From Dromaius novaehollandiae (Eukaryota): 64,000 nt of DNA. The DNA lies in the NCBI RefSeq assembly GCF_036370855.1, contig NC_088135.1:62001-126000 (forward strand), in the 5' to 3' direction. Under the pieces are notes generated by a model. The model made no database searches. It had not been told where the DNA came from and saw nothing but the letters and a program-made list of their open reading frames with translations. The number at the start of each line of letters is the position of its first letter. The stretch's first letter is position 1. The position numbers and the translations under genes are program-made. Shown here piece after piece: positions 30,265 through 42,728 of this stretch.

Positions 30265-31700
30265 CTGCCCTATAGCCCTCTAAGCCTGGTTTATATGGGG
30301 CTGGGGTCTTCCATGTTGGGTTGTGATGGTCCCATCACACTCTACCTGGCCCTATAGCTGCCCTATAGCCCCCTAAGCCTGGTCTGTATGGGGCTGGGGT
30401 CTTCTCCGTTGGGTCATGATGGTCCCATCAAGCTCTGCTTGGCCCTATAGCTGCCCTATAGCCCTCTAAGCGTGGTCTGTATGGGGCCATCGTGGTCCTT
30501 CTGGGGTCGTGATGGTCCTATCATGCTCTACCTGGCCCTATAGCTGCCCTATAGCCCCCTAAACCTGGTCTATATGGGGCTGGGGTCTTCTCCGTTGGGT
30601 TGTGATGGTCCCATCACGCTCTACCTGGCCCTATAGCTGCCCTATAGCCCCCTAAACCTGGTCTATATGGGGCTGAGGTCTTCCATGTTGGGTTGTGATG
30701 GTCCCATCACGCTCTACCTGGCCCTATAGCTGCCCTATAGCCCCCTAAGCTTGGTCTATATGGGGCTGAGGTCTTCTCCGTTGGGTTGTGATGGTCCCAT
30801 CATGCTCTACCTGGCCCTGTAGCTGCCCTATAGCCCCCTAAGCTTGGTCTATATGGGGCTGAGGTCTTCCATGTTGGGTTGTGATGGTCCCATCACGCTC
30901 TACCTGGCCCTATAGCTGCCCTATAGCCCCCTAAGCGTGGTCTGTATGGGGCCATCGTGGTCCTTCTGGGGTCGTGATGGTCCTATCATGCTCTGCTTGG
31001 CCCTATAGCTGCCCTATAGCCCCCTAAACCTGGTCTATATGGGGCTGGGGTCTTCTCCGTTGGGTCATGATGGTCCCATCACGCTCTGCTTGGCCCTATA
31101 GCTGCCCTATAGCCCCCTAAACCTGGTCTATATGGGGCTGAGGTCTTCTCCGTTGGGTTGTGATGGTCCCATCACGCTCTACCTGGCCCTATAGCTGCCC
31201 TATAGCCCCCTAAACCTGGTCTATATGGGGCTGGGGTCTTCTCCGTTGGGTCGTGATGGTCTCATCAAGTTCTGCTTGGTCTTATAGCTGCCCTATAGCC
31301 CTCTAAGCTTGGTCTATATGGGGTTGAGGTCTTCTATGTTGGGTTGTGATGGTCCCATCATGCTCTACCTGGCCCTATAGCTGCCCTATAGTCCCCTAAA
31401 CCTGGTCTATATGGGGCTGGGGTCTTCTCCGTTGGGTCATGATGGTCCCATCAAGCTCTGCTTGGCCCTATAGCTGCCCTATAGCCCTCTAAGCGTGGTC
31501 TGTATGGGGCTGAGGTCTTCTCCGTTGGGTTGTGGTGGTCCCATCATGCCCTACTTGGCCCTATAGCTGCCCTATAGCCCCCTAAACCTGGTCTATATGG
31601 GGCTGAGGTCTTCTCCGTTGGGTTGTGATGGTCCCATCACGCTCTACCTGGCCCTATAGCTGCCCTATAGCCCCCTAAATCTGGTCTGTACGGGGCCATC
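30265..31700. repeat. Approximately 93-105 bp tandem repeat of about 16 copies, each retaining the last 8 codons plus stop of APEX1 (CCCATCACGCTCTACCTGGCCCTATAG)
   Basis: The first copy is the genuine APEX1 3' end at 30238-30264. ...gtgatggtcccatcacgctctacctggccctatagctgccctatagcc... then recurs at about 30334, 30424, 30527 and so on up to about 31650. Confidence 0.9.
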
Positions 31701-33560
31701 ATGTTTTTGGGGGGCTCACGATGGTCCCACCAACCTCCGACCCTATAGCCGCCCACCCCGCAGCCCCATAAGTCCAGTCTATAGGGGCCTCTCGTGCTCC
31801 GTTTAGGGTCAGGATGGTCCCATCAACCCCCGCTTGACCCTATAGGTCTCCTACAGCCCCATAAGTCTCGTCAGAGGGCCCCCCCCAGCCCCTATGGACC
31901 TATAGGGACCCCCCGCAACCCCTCTACCCCCCCATAGGGCCCTATAGCCCCCCCCAATTTATAGAGCCCTATATAGGGCACTGTATAGCCCCCCGAGCTG
32001 TATAGATCTCGTCATCCCCTATAGACCCGCAACCCCTATAGCCCCCCTTGATGTGTATAAGCCCCCCCCCCCAGGCCCTATAGCACCCCTGCCCCCCGCT
32101 CAGCCCATATGGACCCACCACCCTATAGGCTCCCTGTGACCCCTATAGGCTCCCTGTGACCCCCCTATAGCCCCATTGGCCCCCCCAGCCCCTATAGACC
32201 CAACATCCGTAGTGCCCCCGACCTCCTATAGGCTCCCTGGGCCCCTATAGCATTCTTTGGCCCCTACAGACCCCCCCCCAGCTCCTATAGACCCAGCACC
32301 CATAGCTCCCCATGGCCCCTATAGCCTCCCCAGGCCATATAGACCCCACACCCCTAGCGCCTCCGATCCCCTATAGGCTCCCCGTGACCCCTATAGCCCC
32401 CATTGGCCCCATAGACCCCCCCCCAGCCCCTATAGACCCAACACCCGTAGTGCCTCTGACCCTCTATAGGCTCCCCGTGACCCCTATAGCCCACTTTGGT
32501 CTGTATAGACCCCCCCCAGCTCCTATAGGCCCTGCACCCATAGCTCGCCATGATGCCTATACCCCCTTTGGTCCCTATAGACCCCCCCACAAGCTCCCCC
32601 AGACCCTACAGACCCAAGACCCATAGCTCCCCTGATCCTCTATAGGGTCCCCATGACCCTTACAGCCCCCTTTGGCCCCTGTAGACCACCCTGCAGCCCC
32701 TATAGACCCAACACCCCTAGCTCCCCTGACTTCCTATAGGCTCCCCATGGTCCCTGTAGCCCCCCTTGGCCCCTATAGATCCCCCCTCAGCTCCTATAGA
32801 CCCAGCACCCATAGCACCTCCGATCCCTTATGGGCTCCCCATGACTCCTATAGCCCCCATTGACCCTTATAGACCCCCCCCGCCCCTATACATCCAACAC
32901 CCCTAGCTCCCCAGTCCCCTATAGGCTCCTCGTGACCCCTATAGCCCCCACTGGCTCCTATAGATCCCCCCAAGCCCCTATAGCCCCTATAGACCCAACA
33001 CCCATAGCTCCCCCATAGGCTCCCTATGATCCCTATAGGCTCCCTGTGACCCCCTATAGCCCCCCCAGCCCCTATAGACCCCCCCAAGCCCCTATAGTCC
33101 CCCCAGCCCCTATAGACCCCCCCAAGCCCCTATAGTCCCTACGCCCATAGCTCCCCCATAGGCTCCCTATGACCCCTATAGGCTCCCTGTGACCCTCTAT
33201 AGCCCCTCCAGCCCCTATAGACCCCCCAAGCCCCTATAGTCCCCCCAGCCCCTATAGACCCCCCCAGCCCCTATAGTCCCTACGCCCATAGCTCCCCTAT
33301 AGGCTCCCTATAACCCCTATAGGCTCCCTGTGACCCCCTATAGCCCCCCCAGCCCCTACAGACCCCCCCCAAGCCCCTATAGCCCCCCCCAGCCCCTATA
33401 GATCCAACGCCTATAGCTCCCCCATAGGCTCCCTATGACCCCTATAGGCTCCCTGTGACCCCCTATAGCCCCCCCGAGACCTATAGCCCCCCCCGCCACC
33501 TATATAGTTCCCGACGTCCCCTATAGCCCCTCCCCCAGCCCCTATAGCCCCTCCCCCCCC
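31700..33560. repeat. CCCTATAG-containing low-complexity satellite
   Basis: Units such as cccctatagccccc / tataggctccctgtgacccctatagcc. Confidence 0.8.
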
Positions 33561-33651
33561 GGCCCGGCCGGCCCTCAGGGACCCCCGCTATTTTTTTAAC
33601 CTCCCCCCCCAAAAAACACTGCCCCCCCCAACCCCGTGCGGGGGGGGGGGC

Positions 33652-33657
33652 AATAAA
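33652..33657 (+). other. First AATAAA downstream of the APEX1 stop; possible APEX1 poly(A) signal, which would imply a 3'UTR of about 3.4 kb made of satellites
   Basis: gggcaataaaagg, followed by an A10 run. No AATAAA occurs between 30265 and 33651. Confidence 0.25.
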
Positions 33658-34479
33658 AGGTGGCGGAAAAAAAAAATGGTGGTGTGGTTGCGCAGGGGCC
33701 CAGGCGTCCGGGGAGGGGCCCAGGCGTCCGGGAGGGGCCCAGGCGTCCGGGGAAGGGGCCCAGGCGTCCGGGGAGGGGCCCAGGCATCCGGGAAGGGGCC
33801 CAGGCGTCCGGGAAAGGGCCCAGGCGTCCGGGAAAGGGGCCCAGGCGTCCGGGGAGGGGCCCAGGCGTCCGGGAAAGGGGCCCAGGCGTCCGGGAACGGG
33901 GCCCAGGCGTCCAGGAAAGGGCCCAGGTGTCCGGGAAAGGGGCCCAGGCGTCCGGGGAGGGGCCCAGGCGTCCGGGAAAAGGGGCCCAGGCGTCCGGAAA
34001 AGGGGCCCAGGCGTCCGGGAAAAGGGGCCCAGGTGTCCCCAGAGGGGCCCAGGCGTCCGGGGAGGGGCCCAGGTATCCGGGAAAGGGGCCCAGGCGTCCG
34101 GGAGAGGGGCCCAGGCGTCTGGGGAGGGGCCCAGGCGTCCGGGAAAGGGCCCAGGCGTCCGGGAGAGGGGCTGGATACGAACAAAAGGGGCCCAGGCGTC
34201 CGGGAGGCCGAGGGGCCCAGGCGTCCGGGCCTTTATTTACAGTCTCTGCCCTGCCCCCGCCGGAGGGGGAGGAGCCATTAAATATATGTACACGCGGGGG
34301 GCGGGGCTTATGTACAGCAGGAGGGGCGGGGCCTCGCGGAGGGGGCGGGGCTAGCGGGCCCCAGGGCATTGTGGGATTGGAAGGGGGGGGCCACGCGCTC
34401 CTCCCCGTCGCCAAGTGCATGCTGGGAAGGGGGAGGGCGGAAGCGGGTCCCGGGCGCCGTACCGGGGGGGGGGGGTTGG

Positions 34480-34760
34480 CGGGTCCAAGATGGCCGCCGC
34501 GGCGGAGGGCGTCTGTCCGACATGGCCGCAGCGCCGCGGCCTGGCCACCCAAGATGGCCGCCGCCATGGAGGCCGCCATTCCAAGATGGCTGCCCCCATG
34601 GGAGACCGCCATTGCAAGATGGCTGCCCCCATGGGAGGCCGCCATTCCAAGATGGCTGCCCCCATGGGAGGCCGCCATTCCAAGATGGCCGCCCCCATGG
34701 GAAGCCGCCGTCGCAAGATGGCCGCCACGCCGGAGCTTCGCCATGCAAGATGGCCGCCGC
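34480..34760. repeat. About nine copies of a ~33 bp repeat carrying the YY1-consensus-like core AAGATGGC(C/T)GCC
   Basis: ccattccaagatggctgcccccatgggaggccg..., with caagatggccgcc at 34488, 34548, 34573, 34612, 34645, 34680, 34716 and 34748. Confidence 0.8.
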
Positions 34761-36070
34761 GCTGCGCTGCGTGTCGAAGCGTGTCGAAGCGTGTTGGAGC
34801 GTGTCGAGACGCCTCGAATGCTGCCAAACCCCGCCCACACGCGTGGGGGGGGGCGAGCGGAGCCGTGTCCAAGCGTGTTAACGCGTGTCGAAGCGTGTTG
34901 AGCCATGTCAAAGCGTGTCAAAGCCTGTCGAAGCGTGTCGAGGCGTGTTGAAGCGTGTCGAGGCGCCTCAAGGCGTGTTGAGCCACCCCGAGGCGTGTTG
35001 AGGCGGGTTGAAGCGTGTCGAGGCGTGTTCGGCCGCCATGTCGAGCCATGTCGCCACGTGTCGAGCCGCGCCGAAGCGTGTCGAGGCGCCTCAAGGCGTG
35101 TCCAGCCATGCCAAAGCGTGTCAAGGCGTGTCGAAGCATGTCAAGGCGCGCCGAAGCGTGTCGAGGCGTGTTGAAGCGCGTCGAGGCGCCTCACGGTGTC
35201 TCGAGCTGCGTCAAGGCAGGTCAAAGCGTGTTGAAGCGTGTTGACGCGTGTTGAGCCGTGATGTTGAGCCACGTCAACACGTGTTGAGCCGCGCCGAAGC
35301 GTGTCAAGCCGCGTTGAAGCGTGTTGAGGCACGTCGAAGCGTGTCAAAGGCGCCTCAAAGCGTGTCCAGCCGTGTCGAGGCATGTTGACCCACTGTGTCG
35401 AGCTGCACCGAAGCGCGTCAAGCCGTGTTGAAGCGTGTCAAGGCGTGTCAAAGCGTGTCGAACCCCACTGAAACACGTCAATGTGTGTTGAAGCGTTTCA
35501 AGGTGTGTCAAGACGTGTTGACCGTGTCGAGGCGTGTCGAAGCGTGTCGAGTTGCATCAAAGCACTTCAAGCCGTGTCGAAGCGTGTCAAGCCGCGTCGA
35601 AGCGTGTTGAAGCATGTCGAAGCGTGTCAGGCCGTGTCGCAGCGTGCCGAGGCGCCTCAAAGCGTGTTGAGCCGCGTTGAAGCGCGTCTTAGCGTGTCGA
35701 AACGTGCCAAGGCGCCTCAAGGCATGTTAAGCTGCGCCAAAGCGTGTCCAAAGCGTGTTGAGCCGTGCCGAAGCGTGTTTAAGCGAGTCGAGGCGCCTCA
35801 AAGCGTGCCGCGCCGCGCCGCAGCGTGTCCAAAGCGTGCCCATAGCGTGTCAGAGCGTGCCGAAGCGTGTCTAGGTGCGCCAAGCTGCCACACCTCCCCG
35901 GCACACGCGTGTGGGAGGCGTGTGGGAGCGCGCGCGGGCGGCGTGGCTCCCCCGGGCTGGCGCCAGCGAGGCGTGACGAGGCGTGACGAGGCGTGACGAG
36001 GCGTGTGGCGGCGCGTGGCGGCGTGACGAAGCGTCGAGGCGCGTCGAGGCGTGTCGGGGCGTGTCGAGGC
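34760..36070. repeat. 10 bp satellite GCGTGTCGA(A/G) / GCGTGTTGAG
   Basis: gtcgaagcgtgtcgaggcgtgttgaagcgtgtcaaggc... Confidence 0.9.
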
Positions 36071-36084
36071 GTGTTCAGGCGTGT

Positions 36085-36228
36085 TCAGGCGGGGCCGGGC
36101 AGCGGGTGGCTCACGCGGACGCAGCCCCAGTAGCCGGCGCGCAGCAGACAGGCGCCGGCCGCCGCCGCCAGCAGGGCCCAGGCCGCGTGGAGCCCCCCGA
36201 AGCGCCGCGCCGCCCCCCAGGTGCCCAC
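36085..36228 (-). CDS. PIP4P1: PIP4P1 exon 7 (terminal): [47 protein letters not shown] (transmembrane helix 2)
   Basis: Acceptor cttggcgcag|GTG. The TGA is the reverse complement of tca at 36085-36087. Confidence 0.85.
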   Translation of the reverse strand: MGTWGAARRFGGLHAAWALLAAAAGACLLRAGYWGCVRVSHPLPGPA

Positions 36229-39200
36229 CTGCGCCAAGGGGACGCCTGGGTCCCGCGCCCGGACGCCTGGGCCCCTCTGCCCGGACGCCTGGGCCCTTTT
36301 CCCGGACGCCTGGGCCCCGCGCCCGGACGCCTGGGCCCCTCTCCCGGACGCCTGGGTCCCTTTTCCCGGACGCCTGGGCCCCTTCCCGGATGCCTGGGCC
36401 CCTTCCCGGATGCCTGGGCCCCTTTTCCCGGACACCTGGGCCCCTCCCCGGACGCCTGGGCCCCTTCCCGGACGCCTGGGCCCCTTTCCCGGACGCCTGG
36501 GCCCTTTCCCGGATGCCTGGGCCCCTTTCCCGGACGCCTGGGCCCCTTTCCCGGATGCCTGGGCCCTTTCCCGGATGCCTGGGCCCCTCCCCGGACGCCT
36601 GGGCCCCTCCCCGGACGCCTGGGCCCTTTCCCGGACGCCTGGGCCCCTTCCCGGACGCCTGGGCCCTTTCCCGGACGCCTGGGCCCCTCTCCTGGACGCC
36701 TGGGCCCCTTTCCCGGACGCCTGGGCCCCTCCCGGACGCCTGGGCCCCTCTCCTGGACGCCTGGGCCCCTTTCTGGGACGCCTGGGCCCCTTCCCCGGAC
36801 ACCTGGGTCCCTCCCCGGACGCCTGGGCCCCTTTCCCGGACGCCTGGGCCCCTCTCCCGGACGCCTGGGCCCCTTCCCCGCACTCACCGCCAGGCCGGCG
36901 CCGGCAGCGGCCATGACGAGCCCCAGCAGGAAGCAGCAGACGCAGCGTCTCCGGGGGTAGCGGCGCCCCACGGCCGACCTGGGGGGGGCGAGACGGGGCC
37001 CAGGCGTCCGGGAAAGGGCCCAGGCGTCCGGGAGAGGGGCCCAGGCGTCCTGGCCTGGACCCCTCCCCCCCCGCTGGCACCGCTCCCAAACCTCCCCATC
37101 CCCCCCACCCACTGGGGACCCAGGCGTCCAGGAAAGGGGCCCAGGCGTCCGGGTGCAGGGCCCAGGCGTCCGGGGAGGGGCCCAGGCGTCCGGGAAAGGG
37201 GCCCAGGTGTCCGGGAGGGGCCCAGGCGTCCGGGGAGGGGCCCAGGCATCCGGGAAAAGGGCCCAGGCGTCCGGGAGAGGGGCCCAGGCGTCCGGGAGAG
37301 GGGCCCAGGCGTCCGGGGAGGGGCCCAGGCGTCCGGGAAAGGGGCCCAGGTGTCCGGGAGGGGCCCAGGCGTCCGGGAAAAGGGCCCAGGCGTCCGGGAA
37401 AAGGGGCCCAGGCGTCCGGGAAAAGGGCCCAGGCGTCCGGGAAAGGGGCCCAGGCGTCCGGGACACTCACACTTTGCGGCAGTGCGGGCACCGGGCCAAG
37501 GTCCGTTCCGAGAACTCCGTCCACTGCGGGGGGGGGGGGAAGGGAAAGAGGGGCGTCAGGGACCCAGGCGTCCGGGTGCTGCTACCGCCCCCCACACAGA
37601 ACAGCCACCCGCAGGGGCCCAGGCGTCCGGGAGGGGCCCAGGCGTCCGGGAGGGGCCCCCAAAAACCCACCCAAGGGGCCCAGGCGTCCGGGAAAGGGCC
37701 CAGGCGTCCGGGAAAAGGGCCCAGGCGTCCGGGAGAAGGGCCCAGGTGTCCCAGAAAGGGACCCAGGCGTCCGGGAAAGGGGCCCAGGCGTCCGGGAGAG
37801 GGGCCCAGGCGTCCGGGAAAAGGGCCCAGGCGTCTGGGAAAAGGGCCCAGGTGTCCCAGAAAGGGACCCAGGCGTCCGGGAAAGGGGCCCAGGCGTCCGG
37901 GAGAGGGGCCCAGGCGTCCGGGGAAGGGGCCCAGGCGTCCGAGGAAGGGGCCCAGGCGTCCGGGGGGCCCAGGCGTCCGGGAGAGGGGCCCAGGCGTCCG
38001 GGAGGGGCCCAGGTGTCCGGGGAAGGAGCCCAGGCGTCCGGGAGGGGCCCAGGCGTCCCAGAAAGGGCCCAGGTGTCCGGGAAAAGGGCCCAGGCGTCCG
38101 GGAAAGGGCCCAGGTGTCCAGGGAAGGGGCCCAGGTGTCTGGGAGAGGGGCCCAGGCGTCCGGGAGAGGGGCCCAGGCGTCCGGCTCACCAGGAAGGGGC
38201 TCCCGCAGTGGCCACACGCCACCCGTCGTCCCCCCGGTTGGGGGTCGGGACTGGGGGCTCCGGCCTGCACCGGGCCCAGGTTGATGATGCGCTTACTGGG
38301 AAACGACAAACTGGTTAAACTGGTTCGACTGGGAGCGCTGGGAGCAAGAGCTTGGACATCCCCAGGCTCTCCCAGTGTCTCCCAGTGTCTCCCAGTATCC
38401 CCCAGTACACCCCAGTAAAGCCCCGTAGCACTCAAGAGCCCTCCCAGTGCGCCCCAGTGCTCTCCCAGTATATCCCAGTGCTCTCCCAGTCCATCCCAGT
38501 GTCTCCCAGTGCCTCCCAGCAGCCCTCTAAGGCCCCCCAGGGCCCTCCCAGTATATCCCAGTGCCCTCCCAGTCCACCCCAGTGGCTCCCAGTGGCTCTC
38601 TAAGGCCCCCCAGGGCCCTCCCAGTATATCCCAGTGCCCTCCCAGTCCACCCCAGTGGCTCCCAGTGCCTCCCAACAGCCCTCTAAGGCCCCCCAGGGCC
38701 CTCCCAGTATATCCCAGTGCCCTCCCAGTCCACCCCAGTGGCTCCCAGTGCCTCCCAGCAACGCTATAAGGCCCCCCAGGGCCCTCCCAGTATATCCCAG
38801 TGCCCTCCCAGTCCACCCCAGTGGCTCCCAGTGCCTCCCAGCAGCCCTCTAAGGCCCCCCAGGGCCCTCCCAGTATATCCCAGTGCCCTCCCAGTCCACC
38901 CCAGTGGCTCCCAGTGGCTCTCTAAGGCCCCCCAGGGCCCTCCCAGTATATCCCAGTGCCCTCCCAGTCCACCCCAGTGGCTCCCAGTGCCTCCCAGCAG
39001 CCCTCTAAGGCCCCCCAGGGCCCTCCCAGTATATCCCAGTGCCCTCCCAGTCCACCCCAGTGGCTCCCAGTGCCTCCCAGCAGCCCTCTAAGGCCCCCCA
39101 AAGCCCTCCCAGTATATCCCAGTGCCCTCCCAGTCCACCCCAGTGGTTCCCAGTGCCTCCCAGCAACGCTATAAGGCCCCCCAGGGCCCTCCCAGTATAT

Positions 39201-42200
39201 CCCAGTGCCCTCCCAGTCCACCCCAGTGGCTCCCAGTGCCTCCCAACAGCCCTCTAAGGCGTCCCAAGGCCCTCCCAGTATATCCCAGTGCTCTCCCAGT
39301 CCACCCCAGTGGCTCCCAGTGCCTCCCAGCAGCCCTCTAAGGCCCCCCAGGGCCCTCCCAGTATATCCCAGTGCCCTCCCAGTCCACCCCAGTGGCTCCC
39401 AGAGGCTCTCTAAGGCCCCCCAGGGCCCTCCCAGTATATCCCAGTGCCCTCCCAGTCCACCCCAGTGGCTCCCAGAAGCTCTCTAAGGCCCCCCAGGGTC
39501 CTCCCAATATATCCCAGTGCCCCCCCAGTCCATCCCAGTGCCTCCAGATGCCCTCCCAGTCCATCCCAGTAGCCCCCCAGTCCCCCACATCGCCTCCCAG
39601 GCCCCTCCCAGTGCTTCCCAGTTCCTCCCAGTCCCCTCCCAGTGCCCCATTTCTTCTCCCAGTCCCTCCCAGTGCTTCCCAGTGCCCTCCCAGTGCCTCC
39701 CAAGCCCCTCCCAATCCCCCATATCCCTTCCCAGCCCTCTCCCAGTCCCTCCCAGTGCCCAGAAATCTCTTCTCAGTGCTTGCCAGTCCCCTCCCAGTAC
39801 CCCCCAGTCCCCTCCCAGTCCCCCCAGTGCCTCCCAGCCCCCTCCCAGTGTCTCACAGTCCGCTTCCAGTGCCTCTTAGTGACTCCCAATCCCCTCCCAG
39901 TGCCTCCCAGTCGCCCAAATCCCCTCCCAGTCCCCTCCCAGTGCCTCCCAGTGCTCTCCAAACACTTCCCAGTCCCCCATACGCCCTCCCAGTCCCCTCC
40001 CAGTGCCCTCCAAACACCTCCCAGTCCCCCATACCCCCTCCCAGTGCCTCCCAGTCCCCTCCCAGCACCTTCTCAGTCCCCTGAATCTCCTCCCAGTGCC
40101 TCCCAGTCCCCCCCAGTACCCTTGTATCCTCTCCCAGTGCCCCCCCAGTCCCCCCAGTCCCCTCCCAGTGCCTCCCAGTGCCCCATACCCCCTCCCAGCC
40201 CCCTCCCAGTGCCCCCCCAGTCCCCCCAGTCCCCTCCCAGTGCCTCCCAGTGCCCCCAATCCCCTCCCAGTGCCTCCCAGTGCCCCCCAAACCCCTCCCA
40301 GTCCCCCATACCCCCTCCCAGCCCCCTCCCAGTGCCCCCCCAGTCCCCCCAATCCCCTCCCAGTGCCTCCCAGTGCCCCCATAACCCCTCCCAGCCCCCT
40401 CCCAGTGCCCACCCAGTCCCCCCAGTCTCCTCCCAGTGCCTCCCAGTGCCCCCACACCCCCTCCCAGCCCCCTCCCAGTGCCTCCCAGTGCCCTTCAAAT
40501 ACCTCCCAGTCCCCCATACCCCCTCCCAGCCCCCTCCCAGTGCCTCCCAGTCCCCCCAATCCCCTCCCAGTGCCTCCCAGTGCCCTCCAAACACCTCCCA
40601 GTCCCCCATACCCCCTCCCAGCCCCCTCCCAGTCCCTCCCAGTGCCCTCCAAACACCTCCCAGTGCCCCCATACCCCCTCCCAGCCCCCTCCCAGTCCCT
40701 CCCAGTGCCCTCCAAACACCTCCCAGTCCCCCATACCCCCTCCCAGCCCCCTCCCAGTGCCCCCCAGTCCCCCCAATCCCCTCCCAGTGCCTCCCAGTGC
40801 CCCCATATCCCCTCCCAGCCCCCTCCCAGTGCCTCCCAGTGCCCCCAGTCAGACCAGTAGGGCCGGGGGCAGGCGATGCGCTGCGATGAGGCCTTGCAGA
40901 CCAGCAGGCAGTTGCAGGGGCAGCGCACGTACTTCTTGCCGCCGGGCGCCGTGCGGATGGGCTGCGGGGCCGGACGCCTGGGCCCCTCGTCCCGGACGCC
41001 TGGGCCCGCCCCGCCCCGACCCCCCCCGGAGCGCCCCGGATGCCTGGGCCCCTTTCCCGGATGCCTGGGCCCCTTTCCCGGACGCCTGGGCCCTTTTCCC
41101 GGACGCCTGGGCCCCTTTCCTGGATGCCTGGGCCCCTTTCCCGGACGCCTGGGCCCTTTTCCCGGACGCCTGGGCCCCTCCCCGGACGCCTGGGCCCCTT
41201 TCCCAGATGCCTGGGCCCCTTCCCGGACACCTGGGCCCCTTTCCTGGACGCCTGGGCCCCTCCCGGACGCCTGGGCCCCTTTCCCGGACGCCTGGGCCCT
41301 TTCCCGGACGCCTGGGCCCCTCTCCCGGACGCCTGGGCCCCTCTCCCGGACGCCTGGGCCCCCTTCCCGGACGCCTGGGCCCCTCCCGGACGCCTGGGCC
41401 CCCGCACTCACGGTGGCCTCGTTGCACACGTGACACTTCACCACGTGCTGGTGGCTTTTGCCCTCGACGCTGATGCGGCTCTGGCAGACGCGGCAGGTCA
41501 CCGCCGGCCCCGCCCCCCCCTCGGGGCTGCCCAATGGCGAGTAAGGGGGCGGGGCCTCCGCTCCGGGCCCCGCCCCCGGCGACCCCGCGCCTGCCGGGGA
41601 GAGCCGCCGTCAAGCCCCGCCCCCCCCTTGGCTAAGCCCCGCCCCCTTTGGGGCCACCCCTGCTTTAGCCCCGCCCCCTAAAGGGGGCCTCGCTGCACCT
41701 GGCCCCGCCCCCTGTCCAAAGCCCCGCCCCTTCCTTAGCCCCACCCACTGCAGAGAGTCCTAATGGCCTGGCCCCGCCCCCTTGCTAAGCCCCGCCCCTT
41801 GGTTAAGCCCCACCCCCTCTTTACCCCCTCCCACTCCAGGGGGACCCTGAGGCTCTGGCCCCGCCCCCTGGCTTGAAGCCCCGCCCCATCTTTAGCTCCA
41901 CCCCCTCTAGAGGGTCACAATAGCGTGGCCCCGCCCCCTTGCTAAGCCCCACCCCTTGGCTAAGCCCCACCCCCTCTTTACCTCCTCCCACTCCAGGGGG
42001 ACCCCGAGGCTCTGGCCACGCCCCCTGGCTTAAGCCCCGCCCCTTGGCCAAGCCCCTCCCCCTCTTTAGCCCCACCTACCCTGGGGGACCCTGAGGCTCT
42101 GGCCACGCCCCCTGGCCTGAAGCCCCGCCCCCTCTTTAGCCCCACCCCCTTCAGAGGGGCCTACTGGCCTGGCCCCGCCCCTTGCTAAGCCCCGCCCCTT

Positions 42201-42696
42201 GTTATGCCACGCCCCCTCTTTAGCCCCACCCACCCTGGGGGACCCCGAGGCTCTGGCCCCGCCCCCTGGCTACAAGCCCCGCCCCCTCGGCGAAGCCCCG
42301 CCCCCTCTTCACCCTCTCCCACACCAGGGGGGACCCTGAGGCTCTGGCCCCGCCCCCTGGCTTAAGCCCCGCCCCCCTCTTTAGCCCCTCCCATTGCGGT
42401 GCCCCCCCACTCGACCCCCACTGCTGCCTTTGGGCCCCGCCCCTTCTCCAAGCCCCGCCCCCTGTTTAGCCCCGCCCATTGTGGTGCCCCCACTGCACGC
42501 CCCGCCCCCTTGCGGCCTCCTGGCCCCGCCCACCGGGCCCACAAGCCCCGCCCCCTCTCTCCTGACAGGCCCTTAAGCCCCGCCCCCCCCGCGCGCTGCC
42601 CCCCCCTTTCCCGCGCAGGCCGCAGGCCCCGCCCCCCCTCGCAGGCCCCGCCCCCCCGCCCCAGGCCCCGCCCCCCGCTCACCGGGGGGGGTCGCG

Positions 42697-42728
<32 letters not shown>

